Origin: Nymphaea colorata
Taxonomy: Eukaryota
Direction of reading: 5' to 3'
Length of the DNA stretch: 64,000 bases
Assembly (NCBI RefSeq): GCF_008831285.2
Contig: NC_045138.2
Location: 32,426,001 to 32,490,000 of the forward strand
Shown: in pieces, positions 50,901 through 64,000 of the stretch
How positions within the stretch are numbered: the first letter of the stretch is position 1
Layout: each line of letters starts with the position of its first letter
Notes under the pieces: generated by a model
Seen by the model: the letters and a program-made list of their open reading frames with translations, nothing else
The model's database searches: none
What the model was told of the DNA's origin: nothing
Made by a program: the position numbers and the translations under genes

Positions 50901-51792
50901 GGACTAGATCGGACCTCTTATCTATCTCTTATATCAAAATTTCATATCCCGTCTCATATATTTGATCACATGAAACAGATGGGTGGCTTTTTGATTTCCT
51001 GTAAATTCTTTTCACATCCCTTAGGAGTTTTTGAAATCACTTGAAGAATATTACTTTGTCTATATAGATCTTCGAATCTTCTCAATTCCTTGTATTTGAT
51101 TTAAAATATTTCCTAAATGCTTGTCAAATTCTCAAAGTTTTTCAATGCACTTTTCCATTTTGATGTTTGTTGGTTATAGTGGATTGAATGAATTTTTAAA
51201 ATGATTTTTAGCGTGGTGTAAAGTAGAGGTTCGAGTTTTAAAGTTCAAAATCCAATCCAGCATTTGGATTTGATTTCACACTTCTCTTAAATCATTGCTA
51301 AATTCTCAAGTTTGTAAATGCACCTTTCAACTTTTAGGTTTCTAAATTCCATTGGATTGTATGTATACTCAAAGCGATTTTAAACATGGTCTAGACTTGG
51401 GTTAATATTTTAAAATTCACATCCACATTCAAAATATACATTCGACATCCTAGACCGCATAAGGTGAGATCTGTGTTCTAGCTGGTTGTTCAAAATCTTG
51501 AGTCCAATATCCCAGACCAGATCAGGTGAGACCTATGATCTTGACCATTTTTTCGAAATCCCAAATCCAACATCCCAAACCGGATTGGATGAGACCTCTA
51601 ATCCGTATCATATATATATTCAAAATCTTGAATCCAACATCCCAAACCAGATCAGGTGAGACCTCTGATCTTGACCATTGGTCGAAATCCCAAATCCAAC
51701 ATGCCAAAGGGGATTGGATGAGACCTCTAATCCATATCATATATATAAGTTTAAAATCCAACGTCCTAGACCATTTAAAATCAGACTTCTAT
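44986..51792. repeat. Higher-order minisatellite/satellite array built from related ~63-67-bp monomers, ending in ~934-bp tandem blocks
   Basis: Monomer A (63 bp, CCAACATCCCAGACCGGATCAGGTGAGACCTCTGATCTTGACC...) alternates with monomer B (67 bp, CCAACATCCCAAACCGGATTGGATGAGACCTCTAATCCGTATC...), giving a 130-bp period. Variants C, D and E punctuate the array. Equivalent ORFs at 50588 and 51522 give a 934-bp period. Confidence 0.95.
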
Positions 51793-52249
51793 TCTATAGG
51801 TTCCAAAGTTGGATCATCTAATAGCTTAGGCGTATATGCAGTGTGTAATGCAGATTTTTTCTCCATTTTGCGGTTTATTTTATCTGCTTTTGCAGTGTTA
51901 TATAGACTTTCTAACTTTTTCAAATCATTGCGCAGAAAACATAAATTTCTCTTTCTAATAACAAGTTAGTGCTTTGCTTTGCATATGAATCAATTTTGTG
52001 CCCATGGTTGAATTCTCGTGCATGCGCACTTCCTCTCCAGTAGATTTCATGCATACATAATTTTGGGTTCAAAGCACGTTGGTAGCTTCTCTCGCTTTCC
52101 TTCTACTATCTCGACTCTGCCCAGCTGCGTTCGAGAATAGAAAGGGGAAATGAAGAAGAAAGAGTGATTACCCACCAAATTAGGACAAACCCCAACACCA
52201 ACAGGGGGATTACTTTCGTTACCTTTTTCATAAAAGTCGGATCACCCTA

Positions 52250-52289
<40 letters not shown>

Positions 52290-53329
52290 GAAGGGTGATA
52301 CAAGTGGGGCCTCATAGTAAGTGGATCCAGGTCCCCTACTCTTAGTCATACTATATTATCGTCATTTACATTTCAAGACTTCATATCAGGGGTACTATCA
52401 GTCACCCTTCCCTCAAACCTTAACGTGTCCTCAAGGTGTTAACTCTGGAAGGCATTGGTGCACTTGTTGAGTGTTTTCCCAACTGGGATAGTGTGCGTCA
52501 TCTCCTTGCCGCTCCACTATCTCTTGGACTACAGACTTGCTCTTTGGACTAAACACCCTAAATGGAAATAGAGAACGTCTTCTGAGACATTCTTTCTGCC
52601 CTTTCAGGAACACCCTTGGTTTAATAGTGACAAAAATGGAGACACTTTTCTTTTCTTATAAGCGAGAATGGTATTTGCTTTGTGGCTTTGGGTTAAACAT
52701 ATTTCACACTTAACACAAAAACACAAGCACGTACAGACAGACACACATACGAGCAAATATGAGAATTAAGTAAATTGATTTAATGCTTCTAATTGTTTTG
52801 ATTGATTGCTCACAAGGTGTTACATGCAAAGTTATTTTTGTTTTGCTTTTATGATTTATGAATTATCATTTTTTTTAAGATGAAAGATTTATGATGTTAC
52901 GTCTATTGGGATTATATTTTTCAGTCTATTACATTGGAGTTTTCAGCCTATTTGTGTTGGATTTTTTAATTTATTGTGCCTTGGCTTTTTGTTGGTTGTT
53001 TTGTTTCTGTCCCATCAGAAACCCTGTCCGTTAGAAACTGAGCTATGCATTCTGTCGGTTAGAAACTCTTCCGTTTTTATTTTTAGATTTTCTGTGCCTT
53101 GTAATAGTTAATGCGTTATGTATATTTTTTATATTTTTTTAATGTCTGTGGAATCCATGTTTTGTACATATCTCTTCGGCTGAAGACAGATTTTTTAGTG
53201 CCATGTTTTGTTTCTATAGAAGTGGTTAATAGTATAACATGATAACTTAATAATAGTTAGTATTTCATACTTTATAGACGTGAGATTCAATGTTTGAAGA
53301 ATAAATATTCTGCTGTTGTGCATAGCTAT

Positions 53330-55064
53330 TCATTCCGTGGTAGCAACTGAGCGGATAGTCATGTATCGGGAAAGATTTGCCGGAATGTACTCTGCACGTG
53401 CCTATTCACTGGCACAGGTTGGAAAAAATTACTACTCTAGTTTAAAATCTTATTGTTATGCCCATATATGTCACCTCTTCCAAGAATCATATGTTTTTCA
53501 GTTTAAGAATCACTTGTATTCCTGGTGGTGGGTTGGGGTACAGATGTAAATACAGTAGATGTAGCTATTGCCTCATCCAACTAGTCAGGAACAGGCTGTC
53601 AGTCATAGATAAAGGATTCAATGTACATAATTTTATCAAATCCAATTGCTCGAAAGGATTCAATGTACATAATTTTATCAGATCCAATTGCTTGATATAA
53701 TTGATTTTGAAGATCCACTGGATTTGATAAAATGGTTGTACAAATGGTAGCGATTGATCACTTTTTCCATATAATGAATTTCTTGAGTATGAAAATTCGA
53801 AGTTGGGTTCAAGTTGGACATCAGATAACATCTAACGTTTTATCCATAGTGGTGGAAATAGATGCAGGAAAATACCAAGAAAAAAAATTATTTCAACTGA
53901 ATTTCTATTTCATCTGTATGAATGCAGGTCGCCATCGAAATTCCTTGTGCATTGATCCAAGCTGTTACATTTTGGATTATCACATACCCTTCAGTTGGTT
54001 ATTACTGGTCTGCTTATAAGATCTTATGGTACATCTTTTTGCTATTTTCTATGCTCATCTTGGGATGCTGGTGGTCTCATTAACTCCAAACGCTCAAATT
54101 GCTGCTATCCTGCAATCTGTTTTCAACACATTACTGACTCTCTTTTCTGGCTTCCTGATATCTGGAAAAGTAAGAATAGATTTGTGCTTTTGCTTTTCTG
54201 GATGTCGTTATAGAATACTTCTGGATTCTTGCTCAACATTAATTAGTTTGCTTTCTGAAAAAGGGTCTGGAAATGGCTCCAGTAGAGCTTGATCTATAAA
54301 CAACTATTGCTCGTCTATCTTGGGCAAGCAGCAAATTCATGTACTCTAGGAAGTAGTCATTCAGAGTTGCATCGTATTCAATGCATCCAACATCTACTCA
54401 GAGTACCCAACCTAGTGATAATCAAAGGACATGCTTTCACTAAACTCATTTTAGGTGGCAGATCACTCTTGATCCAAGGAATGAGCTAAAAGACATTTCT
54501 AACCCATGCATGATGGGTGAAGCAATTAAGATGTGGTAGGGTAAAAAAGGCTGCTCCTTGATGCTTGTAGAAGATCATCTGAAACCTCATCACATCAGGC
54601 AAACAATCGCATACTGAGAATAGCCTCAAAAGCCTGAAGCTTGCTTATACTGGTGCAGGATATGTCCCATCATGACTAATGTTTATCTGACTAATTACAC
54701 AAGTAACTAATTAACCTCGGATGTGACCTTTAAGAAAGAAAATAGTTATGGGATTGTGCTAATATTCACTAATGAGGTCAACTCTTTTCTGATACAGCAA
54801 ATTCCAAAGTGGTGGATATGGCTATACTGGATGACCCCTTCAAATTGGACTATCCGTGGACTTTTTACATCACAGTATGGTGACATAGACAAGGTGATTG
54901 ACGTATTTGGAGAAAAGAAGGCAGTTAGTTTGTTCCTGAAAGATTATTTTGGCTTTCCGCATGATCAGTTGGGCGTTGTGGCAGTTGTTCTCATCGCATA
55001 CGCTGTTGCCTTCGCTTCTTTGTTTGCTTATTGTATATCTAAGCTTAATTTTCAGAGAAGATGA
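53330..55064 (+). pseudogene. 3' end of a PDR-type ABCG transporter gene (last three exons), frameshifted
   Basis: Exons: about 53330-53417 (VATERIVMYRERFAGMYSARAYSLAQ), 53928-54169 (VAIEIP...[12 protein letters not shown] / [15 protein letters not shown]...LFSGFLI, with a frame break near 54040) and 54798-55064 ([11 protein letters not shown]...TSQYGD...LNFQRR*). GT-AG junctions. No upstream exons are seen between the gap and 53.3 kb. Confidence 0.88.
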
Positions 55065-56690
55065 TTAGATTTATGTTCACTCAATTTATCTCAGCTAATA
55101 TAGAACAGCTCGACTGCTTACATTCTTGTCTTTGAGAAGATTAGGTACCTAAGCTTCAGCTAAACAATGGCAATGACCTCAACTATCAACAATATCGGAT
55201 GTGTGTGTATTTCGGCCAACCGACGTTCTACGAGTTTTATGATTGTTTGACCAGATCCCACCCTCTGTTTTTCTGATTTGACTTGATGAGTTCGGGCGGT
55301 CAAACTTGAGTTTGAAAAAGGATGGGAAACTCAATAATGTGTCGATTGGATTTTATGGCCCCTCAAATTCTCAATCAATTTAAACCCGTTGGTTTTAATG
55401 TAAATCAAAATTGGTGAGCACCTTGTATAAATCTAAAAGTATATATTTTGGGTTTGTACATTTGGATAGACAAAAGTAATTTTTAGATGTTTAAATATGA
55501 AATGCATGGGCTAATGGCTTTCAATGCTTTCTATTAAAGATGTATGACAGACCAAGTCTTACAAAAATAGATTGCATCTGATATAGTTTTTGTTTTCCTA
55601 AGCAAGCAGATAAAAACGTGATAAATAGTTAATATTAAGACATAATAAATTTGCAGGTTCCAATTCAGCCGATTGCATATGATCCGAGTATCCTTGCAAA
55701 CTCACTTGCCGGGCACCTGTAGGCCCCATCTGGTTTCAGGAAAAAGAGGGATTTATTCATATCTAACTGTCGACGTGAAGAAGAAGAAGGCAAGCAGAAG
55801 CCATCATGGGCGTCCATAGAAAGTGAAATAATAGGATTTTATTGAGAAAACTGAAAAGTACTCAAAAAAGTCAAATTTAAAAAGTAACATGGAAGTTGCG
55901 GTTCCTATTTAAAAATAGCAACCTTCTCGCCTTCCTTTTTATTAGGTTCCAGAATTTAAAAAAACGGTAGAAGAAAAATAGACGTTGGGGAACCCTCCCA
56001 TCTCTTCTTCGTCGAAACGCCAAAAGAGAGAGAGAGAGAGTCGAGGAGGAGGCATCATGGCTTTTGGGGTTGAGAGTTGGACGCCAAGAAGCATAGTTCG
56101 GTTGGAAAAGGCATCTCCTTCTGGGCAGCATGGTTGAGCAGGTTAGACCTCCGATCTGATCTCTGTCATTCTCATTACTTCTCCTTTATTTGTTGATTCC
56201 TGTTGGTCATCTCATTTGTCTTGCCCCTCTCAAACTGTAGAAGTAGAATCACAATGCGAGTTTCCTTGTGTTTTTTCATGCATCCGCAACGGGCATAGTC
56301 AATCGGGGATAGATTGCTCGGGCATAAAACTAGCTCTGGGTTAAATTTTTTCAACAAGTTTAAAAAGTTGGATTTCTATATGGTATAGAAATTTCTTCAT
56401 CCATATTCGAGTTCGAATTCGAATGCGTGAACATCTATAAATAGAATTATGGTGTCCGATCCGTTAGATTACCTACCAAAAAGCAACAAGTAATGTGAAA
56501 TTAATTATGATTAGCAAGCAACCAAATCGTAGTTCGGTGAGCGTAGTGCGAGAGGGCTTAGGGTTCGCCTGGCACGAGCAGTGGGAACGAGTCCGGCTAT
56601 GGCTGCCGGTCCCCCGATGGTCGATCCTCTTTCCCGGGGGGCGGAAGACAGCGGCAAGGAGTCAGCTGCGGCCCCCCAATAGAAGTCACG

Positions 56691-57072
56691 ATGGAGGAAG
56701 GAGAGTCTTCTCGTCGTTCCTGAGTATCGATTATGAGCAAGCAAGAGAAGCCGAAGCTGATGGATGTCGAAGATGCTCAGGTCGCCTTCGATGGCAAGGT
56801 TCCAGTGATTCGTTTCTCCCATGAGGCAACGAAGCGTTTGAATGAACCCCTCAGGTTCTCGGCAGTGGCGGGACTTGTTGGGGGAAGGAGCAGACCAGGG
56901 ACGGACTAGGCCTATGCCCTTTTTCGTTGAAACAACAATGGAGCAGGGTTACAAAAATCCACAGTTTTCTATAGCAGGAAATGGCAGATTCTTGGTGAAA
57001 ATTAATATGGAAGAAGAACCCGCTGAGATCTTGAGAAGGCGCACTTACTGAGTGAGCGGTCGCATGCTTGTT
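56691..57072 (+). mobile_element. LINE ORF1 (DUF4283-like) 5' fragment, degenerate
   Basis: ...KRLNEPLRFSAVAGLVG...LKQQW...FSIAGNGRFLVKINMEEEPAEILRRRTY*VSGRMLV resembles plant L1 ORF1. It follows a GC-rich leader (56530-56690) and ends abruptly. Confidence 0.55.
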
Positions 57073-57490
57073 TCAACTTTTAAACTTTCTTTTACATGCT
57101 TTCTCATTCATTTTTTGCCATATGGCATGAACGCGCATGTGCACTTTGCATCACGTTTGGCCTGTTTCTGTTTCCTCTTTGTTCTTTAAATACGACACAA
57201 TGATAATTTTTAAGTGTTTGTGCTTCACATTTCCTTGTACACCTTGGATGCGTGTCACTACTATTGAAGAAAGTAGAGCAGAGTATTGTAAGTGTGCTTT
57301 ACAAATATCTGTCGGAAACATCCGACTGTCAACTTGATCTTTCTTCATCGTTCAACCCAACAGGTGTGACCTTAGATATTGGTCAGTGTAATTGGTTAAT
57401 TCATCAAAGAATTTACTTCGTTACAATGTGCTTAAAATTTCATGTTTAGATTGTAATTTCGATCAAAACATTAAACTGAAGGCGTGTGTC

Positions 57491-57526
<36 letters not shown>

Positions 57527-58399
57527 TATATATATTATACGATTAATGGCATTCAAACAGAAAATACATGAGCTTATCGTCAGAAGCAGATATTTAGATT
57601 TTCTCAAAGTAAAAACTTTTTGGCCTCTTTAGTATTATAATGAAAACACGTAATAATAATAATAACAACCGTTCGCCAAAAAGTGTAAACGAGGTCGTCC
57701 AAGTACTATTGTTGTGTTTAAATTTTAAAATGACAGTCCGGGCTACGACGTTCTCGATAATGTTTGAATAGGAAGAGAGGAGGTGTCTTCTACTGGTCAA
57801 TGGATATCTTGGCCATTAGATGTCGTTGCACCTCCTAATCCATGCACCTCAATTTTCAGATGTCTATGGATTTAAACCATTTTCCACTCCAAAATGTTTG
57901 GGTATAAAAGCTACTTGGTGCAATGTTGGATAGAAGCACCATTTCCAACATAATACACTTCACAATATTTGATTCCATCAAAGAAAGTAGAGAAGAGTAT
58001 TTCAATACACTTCATATTTAAAAGGATCTCCTTTTTGTTGAGCTAGTATCCAACTTTAGATATGTCAGAGAACCAGAGCAGTCTAGTTAATTGAATGGTC
58101 TCTAAAGAGGATGCCAACAATCTCTTAAATTGTAAGTTCAGGCTTGACCCAGATATCAGTCCAGAGGTATGTTCTTGCATCAGCCAGTTTACTAGCTTCT
58201 CGAAACTTTTAAAAATGTATCATCATAATTGTGTTTTATTTCTAGGAAACTTGGATCCCCCACTTTCCTTTCCTTAGCAGAGTAACTTGCTTCTTTCTCA
58301 TGATGCACATGCACATTTTTCTTCATGAAAATTAATTCTTTTTCTACCTTTACAGGCTGTCTATCAAAGGCTATTGCTTCTTGTGCTTCAATGGTCGTA

Positions 58400-61300
58400 T
58401 CAACAACTTTTTTAAACGTGAAGAAGATGCATGTATGTTTCCAAAGGTACGTCTTGTAATTGAACGCTCTAACCCTTGTTCTGGTCGAACTCATGAGTTT
58501 GCAAGTGTGGGGCACTCTCTTTGTGACACCTGGTATGCAGGTTTTCTTTCCTAGTTACCTTAGTTCCTTAAGTAAATTGTATTTTTTTTTCTATTGAAAC
58601 ATGATGCTTATTTATACTTCTTGATCTTGAGATTGATAGCAATTATTTCTTATTTTTCTGTTCTAGTTTAGATTTATTTAACTGTTATTTGTTTGCCTTG
58701 TAATTGCATTGAGATTATGTCTAAAAAGGATTGCTATGTTATGTTGAAGTTGTTTTAGTTTTGCCAGCTTAGTTGTGATCTTGTAGCCCTTGCTTGGATA
58801 GTATCAGCTATAGGTTTTCTAAAGGATTGGCATTCACTTGCTGTCATTTTAAGTCTTGCATGAAACTGTTGCAACATGGTAGGTAGCTACTTTCCATGTT
58901 TATGGTTATCACAGGAAATGCAAGCTGAAACTTTCAGGAAAAGCAGCTGAAATTTGCAAAAAGTACAACATGACAGAAATTAACAGTGAAAGGACATTCT
59001 TATATGATATGATGGCACATCTATAAGATAGGCACATCTAAAAAAAATAGTTAGGTTTGGGGAATTGTGGACTAATGGTTTTTTGTGATTTTGTAATGGA
59101 CACTTGAATTGTTGTGGCACCACTTTGTGTAATCATTGAAATCATTATTGCTAATTGTGGTAACTTGTATTTCAATGGTTATACTAGGTTGGTTGATTGA
59201 TTTGTCGGTCTTGTTTTTGGTGCATGATCTCCAAATATCTCAAAGTTATTTTTTTGGTTTGTAAGATAGGTAGGATTTAGATTTTATATGGTTTATAACT
59301 AGTGTTGTATCTGTACCTTCTTGCACATTGATCATAGGCTGAATGCTTAGGTATTATATTGTGAACTGCAGACTTGTATGGTATTTTGCTTTGATTTATG
59401 CATATCTTTTTTTGTCTTATTGCTTAGACAGTCATTTTTTAGCAAATATTATTTGTGCTATCTAGCAAGGTGCATGGTCTTTAGTTTGGCATACCATTCG
59501 GGGTCTAACAGAGTCCAAATCTGTAGTTGTCATTATGGTTTAACTGATGATTTTAGAAAACTTGCCGCGTAGTATTGGTTTATTTTGTTCTTCCTTAAGG
59601 AATGTGAAGAGCTTAACCCAAACCATTTGCCAAACCTGCAATCAGTTAAGGACCCAACATTTATGGGAACTTGTCCCCCTTAAACTAGCCTTTTGTGTAG
59701 AAGACACTATTTTTATGGGAGTATTGGTGAAGTTTGTTTTTCTACCCAACCAACCCATCTTGTTTTTCATTTTGTCGTTTCTTTAGGGAGTATAGTTCCT
59801 TCCTCCTTTTGATATACCATTTGATGTCATGAATTTTTATAAAAGAAAAAAATTTAAATTTTACTTAAAAACATTGTTAAAATTGTTTTCTCACACCATG
59901 ATATATGCCTTTGGTTTATTCTTAGTACCTTCTCGAGTAAAAGGAGAAAATTTTAAGTTTTTGTTGTCAATCAATGGAAGAGGAAAGCTGAAAATTCCTG
60001 TATATGAGCAGTAAGGAAAAAACTTATGAAGCTGAGAAAGTCAAGACTAGAAAATGCTATTGACTCTGATGATCAAGCATCTACAAGGATTCAACAAGAA
60101 AATATCTTGAGAGAAAAGCCATAATGCTCTGTAAGATCTTGGCAGGTAGCAAAATGAGAGTTGAGAGATGGGCTCGGGGCTTGTGTAGTCGTTCCTCTGA
60201 GTCGTTAATCGAGAGTACCGGGTAGACATATAGGTGATTTATGTCTGTCCCGCGAAGATAACGACTTATGAACCTTTGGCTCATCGAAGCCCGTAAGCTG
60301 AAACGGGTGGGACACGTGACAAAGCTACACATTACCACCAAAGCGGTGGAGCTCCGTAGTAGCCTTTGGGGTGGTGAGGTATTCCCTCAAAGGTGAAGGT
60401 CAGCCTTGAAAAAAAAAAACAAGAAAAAAAAAATCGAAAAGCCAAAAGGCCAAATGCAAAAGAAAGAAAGAAAGAAAAAAAAGAAGAAGAAAAAAAAAGT
60501 GCCTGCCAAGTGATGAAAAAGCATGAAGGTTGAACTCGCATGAATTGAATGTGACAATCTTTCATAGATGTGCGATGTTGGGATCAATATCTGCTTCTCT
60601 TTATTGATTACCTAAGATGCCGAGGATGATTCCTTTATGTTCATATTTTGGAAATTGAAAGACATCCTTCTAGAGATTTGATGGCATTGACGCAAAATGA
60701 ATCTTGATGCTTGTACGGTACTATGGGTAAATGAAGGTCATACTATTTGCACAACACAGGCACTCTTGCTTATGAGTTAATTGATTGTTTTTGAACTATT
60801 TCAAAGTGAAAACTTGACATCTCTTGTTATATTTGTAGGCTTCCTAGACGTAGGATGAACTAACTAATTCTCGTTGGTCTTGAAAGATGTTTGTCATTTC
60901 ATTACCAAACCACTTGTCCATTCATGGAATAGATGAAATTCCTCAAAACCTAGTCCACTCATGCTGAGTGTGATGAATTTTCTATCATTTCCTCTGTCTC
61001 AGGAGACACAGATCATTAACTGAGTGTATTCAACATAACCCAGACTTAGGGTTGAGTCTGTCATGGAAGGCCTTTTATCTCTTTTCAAAAGAATTAGTCG
61101 ATTTTGAATTGTTACATTTTTAAAAGTTCCATCCATCGAAGCTGCATTATGTCCCTGGGTCCGTCATGGTTTTAGACCAGGTTTGTACTCAGTTTCTTCG
61201 TGTCTTGTTAGTCGAATAGATGCTTTAGTTAAGCATTGTACATGTCCATCATAGGTCAAGGTCATTGGTTTGATTTGTTTTCAAGATCACATTCTGGTTT

Positions 61301-64000
61301 AGATAGAGTATTTTAGTTTTGTTGAGTTGACCCATTGTTGGTTTGATTTTCTGGTAGTTCAATTTTTTCTTTTATTGTCTACTTAGTGGTTTTCCAGCTT
61401 GTAGTGTTTATTTTTCACTTTCATTGTGAAATGGGTTTGTTTAGGAGCTTTGTTGACTTAGTTGTTTGATTTTCATTTTTCAATGTATTTACTCGATTCT
61501 TTTGATAAATAAAATCTGATCAAGGGGTATGTTGGTTGTTGTGTCGCATTTTGATACTTTGAATTGCATACTTCATTGCTTAAGTTTTTAGGTTGCTTGG
61601 CTGAATATCTATGATGACATTATCATCGCATCTAAGGGGTCAGCATGTCAACTGCGAGTTTAAGTCTTGCTGTTTTGTGTAATAGTGCATATCTATTTTC
61701 ATTAGTTTTAGGTTTCTAGAGGTAGGAACTGGAACTACTGATGGTGCACTACATTAAGAGTTGAAGGTGAAGAACAACAACAAGGTGGAGGGGAGAAAGT
61801 TGTAATTAACAGCTTGGGATTTGGAAATGCTATCCACTTCTTATATACAAAAAGGGCTACGTTTACAAATCCTCTAGGCTGTTGGAAGCCACCACCGAAC
61901 GCCGCCTCAAGTCATCCCTCTCCCGATGCCTCTTGCACTTCCCCTTGTGAGACTACCAACTTCGTTGATTGCTGTGATGAAGGTGTATGGTTTGATGTGT
62001 TTGATTGCTGTGACGAAGGTGTATGGTTTGATGTGGCTGCTGCCGATTGGGTCGGTGTGTTGAAGTTGATGTCCGCTGGTGAGGTTCAAGTCATTGTCAA
62101 TTCCTTGTTGCCACTGGTTGATGGCACGATGATCAACTTTGATGATTACTTTCTGCCTCTCCTTGCAGTTCAGGTATTCTCTTTCCATCTTTTGTGGATT
62201 AATTTCTTTGTCACCAGCTCTACCATCACTCTTTTAGGTGTAAGCTCTGTTATTCTTGATTTCCCACAAAAATTACATGCATGTGAGACTGTCAAAACTT
62301 ACCCACTGTTTGTTTGGATGGAAGGATAGAAATGAATGGATGTAAAGGAAAAGGAAAGAAAGAGAAGGGAAGGGGATGAGAAGGGAAACGAGAAGAAAGG
62401 AAAATGAAGGACAGTCCACCATCGATCTTTATCTATTTTTTGGTCAAATTTAGGTGTTGAACTCAACTTTACGCCCTATTTCAGAATTTTTGGACCTGAA
62501 GATTTGATATTACAGATTTTTTATAAAACTCTGCTACCTGGGTGCGTGGAGTTGGAATTTCTAATATTTACCTGATTTTCCCCTAATTTTAGCTTTCTAA
62601 AGCTTATTTTGTCTAGTAAATCATGTCTAGTAAATCATGTGCTAGTCTAGGAATGAGTTTTAGGGTAGGTAACATTGTGCTTGCATGGCCTCTTCTTGAC
62701 GTGCATGCAAAGGGCGGATACCACCGAAAGAAGAAGCTCAAGAAGTGTAGGAGAATCCCAAAGCCATATTTTCAGCCCCTTGAGCATGTAAGCGTAGACC
62801 TCACAAGGAGTATTTTGTGTTTGAAGAGCTCCTACGGTTGGTGTTGGATAAAATTGAAGTTTAATTGGAGGAAATTTTCACGCACTGAAGGATGTGTGTT
62901 CATTTTGTTTGATCACTGTACATTTTTGTATATGATGCACTGGTGCCATTATTTTGTTTGATCACTGTACATTCTTGCATATGATGCACTGGTGCCATTA
63001 TGAAGGACAAGCTCAGGTGTCACAAGGGTTTGAGAAATGACAGAAGGCACAAGGATTTGAGAAACTACCGGCCTACACAAGGATTCGACAAACGACAGGC
63101 CTTCTCACACTAGGTCTCTTTTGTTGGCAAGTTTTATGAGACGTGAACTCTCTAAGAAGTCAAGTTTTATAACATGTTTAATGAAGAGACACTCTCTAGA
63201 ACTAGCCCCTTGATCATGTGAGAGGCGATGAAGCCCATGTTAACCCTCTTAGGGAGTATTTTGAGCTTAAAGAACTCCTGCAGTTGGCCACCATCGAGAT
63301 GCTGTTGACCCCAGAAATCTTCACGCTCCATAGATACCCTTGGAGACTTTAGGGTTACACAAAAACTTAATGAGGCTTACCTCTGGGTGAGACTCTTCTT
63401 CTGGCCTAACTTAGAGTTGGGGAGAGTGCATTGGTTAATTGCTTACATTGCTGCCCCCTATAATGGATGCTGAAGCAGTTCAGTTTGCTGCACATGAAGC
63501 CTTGGTTGATGCTCTGGATGCTTACAATTCGTCCTAGAGACATGATGAATAGCAATCCTATAGTGAGAGAGTCAGAAACGAGAATCATATTGGATTCTTT
63601 AAAGAACAAGGGGATGAGAAGCGAAAGGAAAATGAAGGAAAGTCCACCTTCCACCTTTATCTATTTTTTGGTCAAAGTTAGGTATTGAACTCAACTTTAC
63701 ACCCTCAAAATTTCAGAACTTTTGGACCTGATGATTTGATGTTATAGAATTTAAAATTTTTATTAAACTCTGTTTTCTGCTACCTGGGTGCCTGGAGTTG
63801 GAATTTCTGATATTTACCTGATTTTTCCCTAATTCTAGCTTTCTAAAGCTTATTTTGTTTAGTTCAAATCCCTTAGGGTAGGTAACATCATGGGTGGGTG
63901 GCTTCTTCTTGAAGTGCATGTGAGGGGCTGGTGACCACTGAAAGAGGAAGCTCGAGAAGTGTAGGAGAATCCCAAAGCTGTATTTTCAGCCCCTTGAGCA
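58400..64000 (+). mobile_element. Probable non-coding 3' region and LTR of a large LTR retroelement (gypsy/Athila-like, tentative)
   Basis: Long T-rich non-coding tract. A purine run AAGGGG is followed by TGTTGG at about 61522-61535 (PPT/LTR-like junction), and an internal direct repeat links 62399-62787 with 63627-64000. No protein domain was recognised. Confidence 0.3.

Noticed and set aside
44986..51792. CRISPR-like array, or repeat-protein ORFs (MRPLIRIIYISKILSPTSQTG...)
   Set aside because: There are no unique spacers and no cas genes, and the context is eukaryotic. The ORFs are translations of the tandem repeat on both strands.
11965..55064. Biosynthetic gene cluster (alliinase-like enzyme plus ABCG exporter)
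   Set aside because: The ABCG is a frameshifted fragment, lies across an assembly gap 35 kb away, and no other pathway genes are present.
61814..62329. 171-aa ORF with a duplicated DCCDEGVWFDV
   Set aside because: It has a non-ATG start, its repeat comes from a 36-bp tandem duplication, and no known domain is recognisable.

Overview
Repeat-rich plant (angiosperm-type) nuclear DNA with a 100-N scaffold gap at 44886-44985. The only intact host gene I can support is a 5-exon, minus-strand alliinase/tryptophan-aminotransferase-related gene (TAR3/TAR4-like, about 465 aa, 11965-17915). It sits in a decayed tandem array: a frameshifted duplicate begins at 11507, and there are relic exons near 21.0 kb and 35.6 kb. 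Three Ty1/copia LTR elements are present. One is a Tnt1-like element cut by the window edge. One is a very young full-length element (5104-10464, TSD CGGAG) whose only visible lesion is a single stop codon. The third is an older deletion derivative (36232-43284, TSD CCTCG) whose RT is interrupted by captured DNA containing a plastid 16S rRNA fragment. There are also LINE and copia remnants, a ~900-bp foldback element, and the frameshifted 3' end of a PDR/ABCG transporter gene. The two least explained structures are a tandem array of pre-miRNA-sized hairpins (32.9-34.2 kb) and a 6.8-kb higher-order minisatellite whose monomers carry a stem-loop around a conserved core (45.0-51.8 kb). All calls come from reading the sequence by eye and from recalled family motifs; no searches were run.
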